Origin: Zancudomyces culisetae HAW-14-8
Taxonomy: Eukaryota; Fungi; Kickxellomycota
DNA length: 64,000 nt
Direction of reading: 5' to 3'
Assembly (NCBI GenBank): GCA_052426225.1
Contig: JBNJNM010000021.1
Coordinates: 2,976,001-3,040,000, forward strand
The translations under genes and the position numbers were made by a program. This document shows positions 28,170 to 42,899 of the stretch, piece by piece (position 1 is the first letter of the stretch; each line of letters opens with the position of its first letter). The notes beneath the pieces were generated by a model. The model saw only the letters and a program-made list of their open reading frames with translations, searched no databases and was not told the DNA's origin.

Positions 28170-31100
28170 ATCTATACCTACGACTAGAACCAAATCACTC
28201 AACGTGGAAAAGCCGTTGGAACTTGAAACAAACATATGTTAGTCTATTTGTGCCAACTATTGAAGAATACTTCTACAAAACCGAATACACGGAAGAAAAT
28301 TGCTGAATTCTATAATAATTATTAATTAACAATTGAATGAGTTATAAACGCAAATGAAAAATGAGACAGCCATAAAGCAGCCATAAGTCGGAGATCAACC
28401 TTTACAATATCCAGGCGGGTTGGCACATATACAAGGCCAATTAATACCTTGGCCCATCAAATAATTTCCAAAGGCGAAATTACCGACGAGAGAGCCGAAT
28501 TCCTGAGTTCATCAACACAATAAGAACTCTGCTAGGAGAATAGGCCACGTAGATCACGCAGATGCGTATCGACAACATGTACGCAAGAATGAATATAGGC
28601 GCAAAGCCGAGACAGATCATCGAGGAAAAAGACAAAATCTTGGAGACCAAGCTGGTTGAAGAAGAATTGGTCAAGCAAAGGCTCTTCGCTAGAAAGAAGG
28701 GCAAGTTTTTTCGGAAGCGCATAGCAGCAGAGTGCAAGTCAGTTCCAGCACCAAGGGCAAACAGCTGCACAGGCGCAAAACAATGTGGGAGCCAGGAGCC
28801 AGACCCAACCAAGAGCCCGGCCAAACTTCAGGCAGTACCCAAACAGGGCCAAAAGTCAGCCCTCAACCAAACAGTAGGGGGCCGGTTGCAGAGGTTCCAG
28901 AACGCATGGAGGTCGATCCCGACCAGCAAGTGGTGCTGGGAGGTGGTCAGCATGGGGTTCGAGATACCCTTGATACATCGCCCACCAGTGCGAGTGCACC
29001 AGGAAACCAACCCGCAGAAACATCCATGCAGTCCGGACAAATAAGCGGTCATAGACCAGGAGGTGGCTGTTAGAAATGGCCAATTCCCGGAACATAATTT
29101 TTAGTTAAATTTGGCCTACTTAAATCTAACCTATTTTATTATTTCATTTCCGATTTTCTAATATGCCATTCCGACATTGGAATCATGTTTGCAAAATTCA
29201 CCATGAATTCTCTGAAAATATTTTTGGGTAAATATACAAATACTCAGAAAATTTCCATAAATTTAATTAAACAAATTTCATGATATAATTGGATATGTAT
29301 AATCGTGCCAAAATTGATAAATAAAATCTATGCCAAAATCGATAACAAAAACCATGATAAAATCGATTATCAAAAACCATTAAAATCAACACATGGAAAT
29401 CATATGTTAAACAATAAGTAGATACCTTAAACTAGTATAATTTTTCAAGGTCAAATTTATAACTAATATTTACTATCTTTAAGTTTAACTTCATAGTAAA
29501 ATTCTATATGAAAAATTATATTAATCTTCGAAATTCTGTTGGGATACATCAGAGAAAAATAATATTTATTAACACATTCAATATTGTATTTTTCTAATAC
29601 CGACTTCTACCTAATAAATATTAATCAAGCATAACTAATCCACGGTCCAAGAAATAAGCAGCTAATTGTTTATAACAGTGACGGACCTTTTGGAAAAGAA
29701 GGCAATAGTGAGAGTCGCCGGGGATACACCGGGGTTTTATTCTCCGATGTTCTGTATCCCCAATAAGAACGGAAAGCTGAGGCCGGTTCTCGACCTCAGA
29801 CGCTTGAACCAATACGTGGTCAAGCAAAAGTTCAAGATGGAGTCCCTGTCCAGCATATGCCTGCTGGTCAGGAAAGGCGATTACATGACGACGCTGGACC
29901 TCCAAGATGCGTTCCTGCACATCAGGATCGCGGAGAAGTCTCAAAGGCTCTTGAGATTCTCTTGGAGGGGGGAGCACTTTCAATTCAGGGTGCTCCCTTT
30001 TGGCCTGACGGCATCACCATTTGTTTTCACGAAGGTGGTCAGTCAAATAATAGCCTGGGTAAGGAGTTTAGGAATCCGCGTAGCGGCATACCTAGACGAC
30101 TTGATCATTCTCGGACAGACCAAACTGATCTGTCAATAGAATACCCAAAGGCTAATCAGGAAGCTAGGCGCTCTAGGCTTTCTGATAAATTTCGAAAATT
30201 CATCCCTGATACCCAGTCATAAGATGGAGCATCTTGGTATGGGGATCAATATCAGAGCTATGGTATTGAAAGCCCCATACAAGAAATTGAAGGAGATGAG
30301 GAAGCTGTCCACGAAGCTTCTCAACCAAGATCAAGCCTCCCTGCGAGACATCGCGGCCGTAGCTGGGAAGGCACAAGCGCTCTCTGTTGCGCTGGAGCCA
30401 GGCAGGCTCAAATCGCGGCGACTGATTCAACTCACGAATCAGGCCATGAGAGAAGGAAAATCCTGGGAAGACCAGGTTGCCATCACACAGATGGCAAGGG
30501 AAAATCTGGAATGGTGGGTCAACCATACCAGTCGCTGGAACGGCAGATCATTTGTGCCGGAGACAGTGGAAGCAGAGGTATTTACAGATGCCTCGGACCA
30601 TGGATGGGGGGTTGTCATAGACAACAAATCATGGTCAGGAGCTTGGAACAAAGCGGATTCCAAGTTCCATATCAACGAGAAAGAGTTGAGGGCGGTGGAG
30701 ATTGCTCTCAAGCTCAAAGAGGTCAGGGGGAAGGCGGTTCGCATTTATGCGGACAACACGAATACCCTGGCCTACGTTCGGAAGTATGGAAGAACGCGCT
30801 CGGCGAACCTCCTGGATATTGCCGAACGTGTCTGGAACTACTGCCTGAGGTCTGGGACTCGACCTCAGATGTCATATATCCCATCCGCAACCAACCCTGT
30901 GAATGCTCCTTCCAGATTGAAAGCTCAGAACGAATGGAGCTTGAACCGATCAGTTTTTCTAGAATTGGAGAAGCGATGGGGGCCACACAACATAGACCTC
31001 TTCGCTTCATCCAACAACAACCAACTTCCGGTATACGGGAGTTGGTACATGGATCAAAAGGCGGCAGTCCAGGACGCCTTCCGAACGACATGGTCGAGGT

Positions 31101-32322
31101 GGAGGAACGTGTACATATGCCCACCATGGAACTTGATCAAGAAAATCATCAAGAAGATCAAGGAGGACCGGGCAAAGGCCACGCTGATTGCATCGAACTG
31201 GCAATTGGCGATGTGGTACCCATTACTGAGGAGAATATGCAGCAGGAGACCGATACAATTGCCAGCAGCGGCGGTGATACCAGAGAACGAGAAGACTCCG
31301 TCGCTAATGGCCAAGAACAAGGCCTGGTCACTCTTAGCATGGAGACTAGACGGGGCTCTAAGAGGAAGGAATTATCAAGAGAAGCCGTTAACATTATCAA
31401 AAAGAACCCTCGAGCTGTTAAGAGACAAAAACAGATAGATCGAGTAACTCAGAAATTTAAAAACTGGTTAGGAGACAAGAACCAACAGACTATAGGAACA
31501 ACCGACATAATCAATTATCTGACGGAAATTTATTTAAAGGATAGGTTATCACCACTAACTATAATCAACTACAAGTCCACATTAATAGGACTTTTTAACA
31601 GAGATTCGACATCAGGAGAAGATCAGAAACAATAAACAATTTTAGGAAGGCAATGAGGGAACTAAAATTTAAGTCATTTATAAACATAAAGTTTGACATA
31701 AACATTATCCTAGAAAAGTTAAAAGCCTGTGGAAAGAACGAAGAAGTTAGCAACATAAACCTCACAAGAAACTATGTTGGCTACTAGCAGTGACAGGATT
31801 TTTAAGGTCATCGGACATTGCGTGGATTGACGATGAGTGAACAATTATTGACAAATTAAGTATAAGATTCGTGGTTATAGCGCCAAAAGAAAAGAGAGAG
31901 GGCCATCCAGTATTAAAAGAAATAAAAAATTTAGACATACTAACATACTTATCGATCCCGTGGCCGCTTACTAAAAATATAAAAAGCGAACAAATAGTTT
32001 TATTTGCAGAGTAGCACACGAAAAATATCCGGAGATAACACTAAACAAATTACTAAGACACACTAACAATTTTATTAAACGCTTATATGATAGCTCGATA
32101 GGTAGGCACATCCAAGAATTAAACAGGTTAATGGACTTGCCAGCGGGAACAAAATCTATAAATGTGAGATCCATAGGAGCATTATCAGCACTAAGATCGG
32201 GAATATCCAGAGATAGAATCGTCGACCAAGCATTCTGGTCTATCGTAGAAGTTTTCAACAACCACTAAAGACGCAGCCGTTCAGATACTTCTAACATTAC
32301 TGATGCGGTTCTGGGAACATAA
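28170..32322 (+). mobile_element. DIRS-type retrotransposon relic (DIRS-2): gag-like, RT, RNase H, methyltransferase-like domain, decayed tyrosine recombinase
   Basis: VGGRLQRF, LDLQDAF, YLDD, FTDAS and HNIDLFAS..VYICPPW. YR remnants GFLRSSDI, VRSIGA and FWS..F..H-stop. RT is interrupted by a solo LTR. Confidence 0.88.
29068..29677 (-). repeat. Solo LTR, family Y, inserted in the DIRS-2 RT
   Basis: Reverse complement of 53838-54537 and 44744-45459. Near-TSD GTGGC/GTGAC. Confidence 0.88.
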
Positions 32323-33857
32323 ATACACAATTGAATCCACTCCGAAATATAATACTTTTCATATTTTTTACCGTTTTGCGTTCTAATGATTATTACGAAA
32401 TCTATCTACTTCACGCATTGATTATAATATTTTTACTAAAGACTGAACCAAAACAAAGATTTTTAAACAAAAGTAAGTAATATTAGCCTTCAAAACGACA
32501 TTAAGAGTGTGTATATCACGTAAATAATAAATTCTTGTAAAACATACTATATGGAATGAAATGTCGAGCAATATCATTGTTTTAAAAAAATTATATAATT
32601 AAAATTTGATTTCAATGTCCGAATATCTAATCAAAGCAACACACAATACTTTATCAAGTTTGATATACTTAAATATTTTCTCGATTAATTTTTTATAAAA
32701 ATTTGATTTGTTATATAAAAAAATCAAAATTATTATGATATCTTGTTAAAGATATATTAAAAGATAATATAATATATATTATCAATAAACAATAGCTATA
32801 ATTTTATGAAAAATTTTTATAGCATATTAATGTTAAAATCAGAAATAGATATTTATATACAATAGTACGGCCATTAAAGCTTTTAATAAACAGTCAAAAT
32901 TAAAAAATTATAACTATTTTATTTTTGTAGATTTAATGAAATTATAATATACTTTAATCTCAATTATTTATAATAAATTATAAACTAAAAATGCTAATCT
33001 ATACAAGTTAAGATTATTATACTAAATTTTATCATAATGAAATTTTAGTTTAGATATATATAATATTAATTATCATATCTCTACGGTTTTCAAATTTGTT
33101 TTGATATACTATCTTAAAATTGATAGTTAAACTATCTATTAGACAATAATTTTCAAAATTTAATTTTATATTAATATATTAGATTCAATTTAAAATTAAA
33201 ATAATGTAAATAAAATAATCTTACAAATTGATTAATTAAAGATATTTTATGTAAGTGACGTGTGTTATGATATAGACAAAGTAAATCTATAATTGTGAAT
33301 ATGTAAATTTATAATGAAAATTATTATATTTAATAATATATATTTTATATATTATAACATTCATCAACATGAAGATAAAATAATCATGTAAATTAGGAAA
33401 TAAACAAATATAAATCCAAGATTTATAAATATGAAATACGAACAATATAAAATTAAGATAATATTAAAATTTTTATTGAATTCTATAGGTTTTAATCGAC
33501 GATGGCATATGTAAAAAATATGATGACCCCAACAATGCTTAATACGAATATATAACCAATTTATTTAAGATTTAAAAAATAAAATCTAAATAGTTTTTTT
33601 CTAATAATAAACAATTATATAATCCAAAGCGATCTCATTAGAAGTCACATTAGCTATATAAGATTTTAAACTTTATGTAATCAACAAGTAGTCAATAAAG
33701 TTAGTTTTTCATCAAATAATATTAGAAACAATAATACATAATTTAATATAATAGATTTTAATAATAATAAGCTAGTTTAAATAATCTATAGTTTGATATG
33801 ACAAATGCTCAAGTCAGGGCTAATAAGTCAATGTCGCGCTAAAATCATCCAGGGATT

Positions 33858-34162
33858 TGTTGGAACTGTGCTAATATAAAATAATTAAATTTATTTTATA
33901 AAATAAAATTGATACCAAATACAAATTACTACAATTTAACAAGTACTAATTAATCTAAAGTACTAAGTATAAATTATTTAATAAATCTAACAAAGTCAAG
34001 TAAAAATGAATTTCGTGATAAAATTCTATTAAAAAAATATTCACAGAACATTATTGAAAAAAGAAATCTAGAAAAGATTCCAAAACTAATAATTCAAAGA
34101 ATTGTCAGAATTAACAAGAATGACGCAATCATTGAACTCTAAACTCAAGGAAGTTAATCACA
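33858..34162. repeat. Solo LTR-like repeat, family U
   Basis: TGTT...TCACA. Direct homolog of 62996-63388. Confidence 0.7.
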
Positions 34163-34484
34163 TCAGATATACTTAAGTATAAGTCAAAGTAATATTTTGA
34201 TATAAACTTTACCCAAGAAAATTATATTAGGAAAAAATCTCTGAAGAAAAAGTATAATAGCCCTTCGAAATCATTCGAAAGAGAACTTCTGAGAAAAATA
34301 TCTTATTCAGTATTGAATCAATATTGTTCTAAATAATAAAATATAATTAATAATCTAGTCTAAATATTATTATATTCTATCAATTAAGTATAATTTATTT
34401 TGTACTAATGTGAATCAAATTATAATACAAATTGTATTGTATATTATATTAAAATACCAGTTTGTAAATAGCATAATTAAATGT

Positions 34485-34875
34485 TGTCACGACTTGACAC
34501 TAAGTACTATATGTTTACTTGACTATGATTTATTTAATAAAATACTATGAGATGAAAAGTATTATATTGCTAAAGTTTCCTAAAGCAATAAAATCCTTGT
34601 CCTTATATAGTTTTACAATATACAAAATTAATTGTAAAACATTATAAAAACTATACTTAAACTATAACTTAAACTAAATAATATTAACTGTCAACTCCAC
34701 AGTTAACATTTAATAATATGGGGTAAAACCAAATTATTAAAAATTATTAATTCTTACTCCATAATTAATAATTTATGGAGTAAGAATTAAAGCGGAGAAA
34801 CGTTAATAAATTTAACATTTGCTATTTTTAATAACATATTAAAAATAACAATAATGTCATGAATGAATCATGACA
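34485..34875 (-). repeat. Solo LTR related to the element C/E LTRs
   Basis: TGTCA...TGACA with a perfect 5-bp TSD AATGT. Shares TGACACTAAGTACTAT with the element E LTR. Confidence 0.88.
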
Positions 34876-34962
34876 AATGTGATAACATAAGTAATATTTC
34901 AATAATCTCATTTTACCAATAATCAAATGAGTTAATTAAATTTAATTGAAATTGTGAATAGA

Positions 34963-35310
34963 TGTCAAAACTGGTTTGGAAATATTTAGTTAGTACATTT
35001 TTTATTTAGAAAACAAAAGTTGTCAATTAAAGGATATAAATTTAAAGGAAAAAACTAATGTTAGTATATTTATAATAAAGATAGAAACTTGAATATAAAT
35101 TATTGTTTCTATCGATTGATTACTAATCAAAATGTTCTAGACGGAAACTTGTAATAAAAATTAAATAGTAATCTTAAAATTTCTAGAATGTTCTTAGAAA
35201 AGCCCGAAATGATAATTACGAATTTATTATTTGTAAATCGTAATTTAAACTTACCAATAAATATAAAGACACAACGGTCTAGAATTTAATTATATTTTAT
35301 GGTTGTGACA
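34963..35310. repeat. Probable decayed solo LTR
   Basis: TGTCA...TGACA ends with near-TSD ATAGA/ATAAA. Confidence 0.45.
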
Positions 35311-36329
35311 ATAAATATGGCCTTTTTTTTAATAATGTTTAAATTGTTATTATTAATTTATAAACTTATGTAAGATATCATGTCAATTAATGTATAAGCG
35401 GATAACTGTTATATATACAATTAATTTCCTTATACACGATTTTACCAAATCGTATATCAAATATACATTTGGCTTTGAAATTATAAATAATAATTTAAGT
35501 ATACTATTTATAATATCATTGTTAATAAGAATAATTGATTCTGATATACATGAATATTTATTGATATTTTAATCGTTGAAATAAATATATTTTTGCGATA
35601 GTTCTAGTAAATAATATTATTTAATATTGTACTCAGATTAAACTATAATTAATCACAAATACTTTATATTAAATTATGATAACAAAAAATCCTATGTTTA
35701 ACTTTAAATACGTATCACAATTTTTTTAATTACTTCACTTCACCATAATAACTATAAGGCAACCACACAGCTATTCGTATCTTTAGGCTAATACAGATTT
35801 TTTAATAATTATATTTGACTTTCTTCATGTTATCAGTGAAGTATTAATTATATTATAAAATTAAGAACAGATATCGCATAATATTTATTTATAATTATAT
35901 TTTTTAATTCTCCTGTTTGCAAAATGGTTCATGTTTCACTGATAATTTATATTAAATATAAAAACAAATACACTTTACAATTTTCGTCAAGTTTTAATTT
36001 TATATGATATAAACAATTATTAATAGATCAAAGCTTAAATATATTGTTAGTATATCATACTAAGCAATTGTATTGGTGAATACTTTAAACAGCTAAATAA
36101 AAATATTTATTAATATACCAATATATTATGATACTCATAATTTTTTGTAAGTTCTTTTTAGAAAAAATCCGTAGATAAAAAATACTATACTAGTACATTT
36201 ATATTAATACATAACTAATATTATAACATGACAGATCATACTTATGATTTACATGAACTTGTATATATTTTATATATAAAACTATAATAATTTGTATGTA
36301 TATCCTATAGGGTCTAGGAAAGATCCTGC

Positions 36330-38880
36330 CACTATATAACACTCCATAATTAATATGGATTTAGCTTTCATATGAAAATATTAAAATTTTACTATTAAAA
36401 TTTATAGCGATTGCAGGTAAGAGCAACTTTAGTGATTGTTCATAATTTGTTGAAGTAATTAATTTTTGTATATAATTCCTATTAATATTGCCTAATGGGC
36501 ATTGTTATAAAACAGACTACACCTGAGTGTAATTTGTAATCCTCGATTTTATCTTTATTACTATTCCATTAGTAAATCTTTTTAACATCATTGTAATTTT
36601 AGTATTGTCTCCTAGTAATTTTTAATTGAATATAATTCCACTTTGCGTTAATTTTTAATATTTAGAGATTGTAAAAATACTTTCAAATTAGAAATTCCTT
36701 TGGTTTTTAGAATTCTAATTTGATTGTTGGTTTGTTTGATTCCCCGTACTTTATCTGAATAGGATACACTGAAATTCAAATTATCATCTTTTGTACATTC
36801 AGTAACATTATTATTACTAATTGAGCTCAAGATGTTCCAAACCTCAATAATTTTTTTAACTGATGGTTCCATGTTTTTTTTTAATCCTTTTGGTGTCTCA
36901 AATGAGTTCAGATACCTCAAATTGATCAAGATCCGTGTTGAGTTAGTTTGAGTTTGTTTGAGCAAATATTTGGCCGGAAAGTTCCTAATGATTTGTTTGT
37001 GTTCACTTAGTATAGTTGATATCATTTTTGCGTAAATTAACTTTACTTGGGCTTGAATGTCAATCAGTCCTAAACCACCCAGTATTTTTGGGAGTTCAAG
37101 TGATTCTAATTTTATCTTAGATTTTTTGTCGTCCCAGATAAAATTGCGTATTTTATTCTAATCCTTGTCAAAAATGATTTGTCAAATGGGACAATATGGG
37201 CTGAAAATAAATTTTTGAATAAAAAAAATATTAGTTAGCTGCACCTTGCCTCTCAAAGAGAGATTTCTAAGTTTCATATAATTAATATTTACTTACAATT
37301 TGCTTAGGAGGATACCATTTGTGTATTTTATGTCCAGTCCTTTCGATTTGAACCATACACCAAGGTATTTGGAATTCTCATTTTCGGCGATTCTTGAAAT
37401 TTTGGATGTTACTGGTAGTGGATTTCCCACTTTAATTAACACTGGTTTGTCAATATTAATGCAAGCATTTGCAGCATTGCAGTAATTATTGTGTAAATCA
37501 TTTAATTTTTCAAGGTCATCACAATTTTTAATGCCAATAGCAATGTCGTCCGCATATGCTATTGCATTAAATATTGCTCCAGGCAAATGAATGCCTGATA
37601 TTTCATCTTATATGGCCAGTAATAGTGGTTCTATTACTAGAATATATTGCAATGGTGATAGTGGGTCACCTTGCCGTAGGCCATTTTGTATTTTTATTGG
37701 ATTAGTAAGTTCCTTATTTACTACTACTCTGGTCGTAGCACCATTGTAGATTTTTTGTATAAAATGTAAAAACCAAGGGCCAATATCGAAGGTTCTTAAA
37801 CATCTATATATAAATTCCCAACCGACCCTATCATAGGCTTTTTCTTGATCCAGAAGGATCGAATGTCCTTTATAGGTTTCAGGATCCATCTTTCCAAATT
37901 CCAATAAGGTATTGGTTAGGTGGATGTTATCAAAAATACTACGCTTTTTGATAAATCCTGTTTGATTGGGTTCTACTAACAACGTATATACATTTGCAAT
38001 CGTGTTGCCAGTATCCTTGTTAGTATTTTTTTGTCGCAATTAGACAGACTAATTGGACGATAATTTTTTATCAGAGATGGGTCTCCTGGTTTGGGAATCA
38101 TTGTTATGATGGACCCCCCAAGCCATTCATTGTACCCATATATGTCACTATTAAATACATCATATAGTATGTTGTTTCATTAATATATTTTTTATAAAAT
38201 TCAAAAGTTAGGCCGTCAGGGCCTGGAGATTTTTCCCTTGGGCTGTTCATAATTGCCTCTTCAATCTCTCCTTTGGATTATCATTATCCATTTCTTCTCT
38301 TTGTTCCATGGTCTAATGATTTTCAATTTTGCTCAATATAAAATATTGGCAATTTTTTCCTGTTTGACCAGATTAAAATATAATACTGTATAAATTAAAT
38401 ATAGTATTTTTTAAACAAATTTTGTTTTGAATTAATGTGCCGTTGTTATCTCTTAGCGAATTAATCATCTTCTTACGCTTTTCACATTTAGTATATTATT
38501 GAAGTATTTCTGGGTTTTTCATGTCCCAGAAATAATTTTTATTTGTTCTAATTGCCATTCCTTTACATTTCATTTCAATTTTAATTTTGATTTTTTTCTC
38601 TAGAGCAAAGATTTCCGAATTTAAATTTTTTTTTGATTCGAATTTGTTTCATGAAAAAATTGCAATATATTAACCTTAAATGCACTAACTAAATAATTAA
38701 TGAGATTCGTATACAATTATTTCTCAACAAAATGGAATACTCTTTGATAATTAATTTAAATATTGCCCAATTTTCTAATGGACATACACTAAATGAAAAT
38801 GTATATAATGTTTCCATAAAAATTTGAAAACATCATTATTTAAAAAGGTGGAATTAAATTTCCAAGTCTCAAATATGTTA
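36330..38880 (-). pseudogene. Decayed non-LTR retrotransposon (L1/Tx1-like) ORF2
   Basis: SPGPDG, QTGFIKKRSIFDN, LDQEKAYDRV, GLRQGDPLSP, AYADDI and KYLGV in broken frames. Ends approximate. Confidence 0.85.
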
Positions 38881-39186
38881 TTTTTGTAGCATTTTTTGAT
38901 GATTTTCACATAAATTAAATGAACGTGATTTATGGTCAGAATATGGGTGTCATGGCCAATCAGGTGACATCTAACCTCCCATAACATTAATTCTAATATT
39001 TACTTAGTATTTAATTAATAACATTTGCCTAGCTGTAATTCCTTAAGAATTACAACCTGTTTAACTAATAAAACTCGTTCTGTGACAATGGGGCATTATC
39101 AATCGAAAAGTATTGACATTTTTTAATAGGTTATTAAACACTAAAATATGGTCATAATAGTTTTTTATTAGCCATTTATACTTACC

Positions 39187-39594
39187 AGTCATGAACTGAT
39201 TCTAATATGTTGAAAACGTTCTAGAATCATCAGATATTATTTCGCAGTAATGTTTAGAATGTTCCCCAACATTTTAGAACATTACCGAAAGTTCACATTA
39301 TTTATTAATTGTTCTTACGTAATAATTTACACATGTTAAATTTTATTAGCATCGATAAGATTTTTGATTGATTACTAATAAATGGATTAATAATCAAACA
39401 CTATAGTTCTTTAGCTTGCGTTTTTAGCTATTCCGCAGTTTTAATAGAGATTTTGTTCAAAGACCAAGGCATGGAAAAAAGTATAAAAAGGGTACAATTT
39501 TCCTGTCTTGGATTCAGTATCTGTTATCTTGTATACATTAATACAATAAACATAATTATAATAAATTAACTTCTCTTGACTCTAGATCTTATCA
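39187..39594 (+). repeat. Solo LTR, family Z (eroded termini)
   Basis: Colinear with 50404-50815. Confidence 0.85.
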
Positions 39595-39699
39595 GGTTGC
39601 AATGAAAGAGCAAAAGAGCAAAAACTATATGAAATATAGCAGCAACACACTGGATGATAGGTAAACTATAAATATTAAGTGTTGATGAAAAGATAGACA

Positions 39700-41480
39700 T
39701 GTTTAAAATTTACGTACATATCCTATCAGCAGGACCGATGAGAAAGAAAGAAAGGGCTTCAATAGTTTGTCAGATATGTAAGATCTGAGAAAATGTAATA
39801 AAATCAAATTTTCTTATGAGAATATAATATGGATAGTAAAAAGGCGAATAAAATGGTGATGAAAACGGGGATGAAAACCCATCAAGAAATATTTCAGAAC
39901 TCTAAGGGTACAAGAAATGTAGGAAGAAAGATGGGTCGGATGATTGACTACTTCTATTACTCAGGATTCAGTAGTATTCCTGAGAGATGATATGCCGATG
40001 AAGCAGCTTAGGAAAAATAATATAATAAACCTAATGAACTTGATAACATCAAGGAAAGCGCGGAGGAGGTTAAAAACAACAACAGGTTTACAGCGCTGAT
40101 GGAGTTGGAGGACACTGACAAATGGCGGAAGACTTGGAAATTGCAGTAAAGGAAACTGCCAAAGAACTTTAAGTGAGGAGTATAAAACCTAAATAAAAGC
40201 ACTAAATTATCCAAATCTACAATAATGGTTATAAAGAAACGAAGATCACTGATAAAAAACTTCTGAAAGATCGTACAGTTGAAAAAGAGTATTTTAATAT
40301 AAAAGTGAATGCAAACAAAAAAATTAGACAGGACCAGAAAAAAGAAAATATAAAGGAAACAAGCAAAATTAGCGAATACTTAACCAATCACAAGCCGAAG
40401 CAGCTTTGGAGCTGGATTAAAACAAGGACAGGAAGGATAACAAGCGGTATAAGTAGTGGGCCGATCCAAAATAAACTAGGAGAGGTGGTCACAGAGGAAG
40501 AAATCAAAAAAAGAATCTGGGCGGATCATTTCGGGGATCTTGCTAAAGACCTCACGGGCAATAGCAGAAACCCAGAAAAATGGGAGAAAATGGAATTAGA
40601 GCAACTACAGGATGTAGAAGGCTGTGCAGATGAAATAAGGTGGGATGAAATACGGGAACTCCTAAAAGATACCCCAAACAACAAAGCAGCAGGGATAGAC
40701 GGGATCCCAAACGAAATATGGAAGCTGGTACAGGATGAGGAGGAACCGACCTCACCGTTAGCACTAGCGGTATTCGGAATAGTAAGGTGGATGTTCAACA
40801 AAGGAGAAATTCCAACGAGGTGGAGCACCAGTATTGTAGTACCGGTGCCCAAAAAGGGGGATCTTACAGACCCCAACAACTATCGGGGCATTTCACTAAT
40901 CCCAACCATGGTTAAACTTGTTGCAAAGATAGTTGCAACAAGACTCAACAAGGAGGATAACAAAGTGAAGCTGTTAGCCAAAGAACAATCGGGTTTTCGA
41001 AGTCGTGAAGAGTGTGTAGCGCAAGCAACAACTCTTTATGAAATTGTCAGAAGAAGGAAATTGAACAAACAAGAAACATGGATAGCGTTTATTGACTTTG
41101 CAAAAGCCTATGATAAAGTGCCCCAGGAAGCACTACTAACTAAACTAAAGGCTGCTGGAATACGAAAAAATTACCTGAAACTTATAAAGGGATTATATAA
41201 AGCACCTAAAATGTTCGTTCGAGTCGGAGAGAAATTGTCACCAATCGTTAACTATGATTGCGGAGTTAGACAAGGTTGTCCGATGTCACCGTTTCTATTT
41301 GATGTTTACATTAACAATATATTTAATATCATAAAAGGGGTAACAGAACCAGGATTACCTAATATGGAGCGTCTATTACCTACAGAGTACCGGGCTTGCT
41401 TTTTGCAGACGACCTAGTGGTGCTAGCTGAAACACAAGAAGATATGGAAATATCTTTAATATTATTAGTGAATGGACTGA
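39700..41480 (+). pseudogene. Truncated non-LTR retrotransposon RT
   Basis: ORF 40305-41417 has KAAGIDG, YRGISL, QSGFR, FIDFAKAYD and GVRQGCPMSP. LLFADD follows in a shifted frame. Boundaries approximate. Confidence 0.88.
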
Positions 41481-42571
41481 TAAACCTAAACGTCTGTAAA
41501 CGCTATTAATTGTGGAACTATGGCAATATTTACAGTAAAAAATATTCATTCATGTGTAATATTCAAAATATTAAATTTTGTAGTATAAATTTGAAATTGA
41601 TCAATGAATATATTACAAGATTAAAAATTAATTATATTTTAAATAATATGAATCACACCTGTTTATACCAATCACAAGGTTTATTAAATATATTTACAAT
41701 ATTTGTATATTATATCGTTACTTTTCAATATATCATATTACACCATAAATATCTAATATATATATGACTTGTAGAATTTTCTACAAATGAAATTAATTAA
41801 TGTATTATACTTAGGTCAAATATAAAATAAAATTATATTGTAAAATAGAATGTATTTCTAGTCCCAATACATTACTTGGTATCACCACAAAATATAAGAG
41901 TATGAGATAAAAGCAGGAATATTCAACATTTAATTTGTAAAATTTGAATCTGTTTGAGTATAAGACAATATTATTGTGTAGTTGCTAGGAATGGCCACCA
42001 TGAGGATTAATTTTTCTGGTGTAATTTTTAGATAAATTATTTAATTAATTTATTATTTTGTGATCATTTTTATAAATGTCAAACTAGATAATCAAATATT
42101 CAAAATCTAATGATATATCAATATATATTTGCATGATTTCTGATATTTAATCTAAGAAAGTAATATACGAATTACAATTAATAATATTAATAAATGTATT
42201 ATAACTTAATGTTAATTTAGTGATTAAATAACTAATATTTTATATATTCAAATTTATAGCAAGAAATATACAAAAACAAAAATTTAAATCAATACCTAAT
42301 CGAAAAAAAATATAATGGATTGTGATATGCAAAAAATATAATGAAATCATATCTATAATAATATCAAAGATAGCTACGAAGACACAATATAACAACAATT
42401 ACTACAATTGCAAGTACTAATTAAAAAAATAAGCACCCAAGAACTTTTAGGATCCAAATTAGATTATAGGTTTGAGATCGTGAAATCATAAACGTTATTT
42501 TGTTATGAATTAGATATTTTAATTTAGCTTAAATAGTTTTAATTAATAAATTAATTTATTACTAATATAAT

Positions 42572-42899
42572 TGTAACGTGAACACGCAACGTTACAATCA
42601 CATAATTAGTAACGTATCATGTTAACGTGATTAATCACGTTAACATCTAGGATAAAAACTCCGAACGGGATTAACATCTATGTAAATATCTGGATGTGAT
42701 TAACATCCTGAAACATCACATAATGTTAAGTAATTTCATGCACATGAAATATTTTGTCTTATTTTTCACCTGTCTCTTCACGTATTTAAACCACGACAGA
42801 AAACGTAGATGGAAGAGGCAGTGAAAAATATTCAATATATTTAGGAAGTTAATATTCTTCAAAATATATTTTATAAATAAACTCTAATAAAACCTAACA
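42572..42899 (+). repeat. Palindrome-rich solo LTR-like repeat, family W
   Basis: TGTAAC...CTAACA. Inverted near-copy of 17383-17708. Confidence 0.75.
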
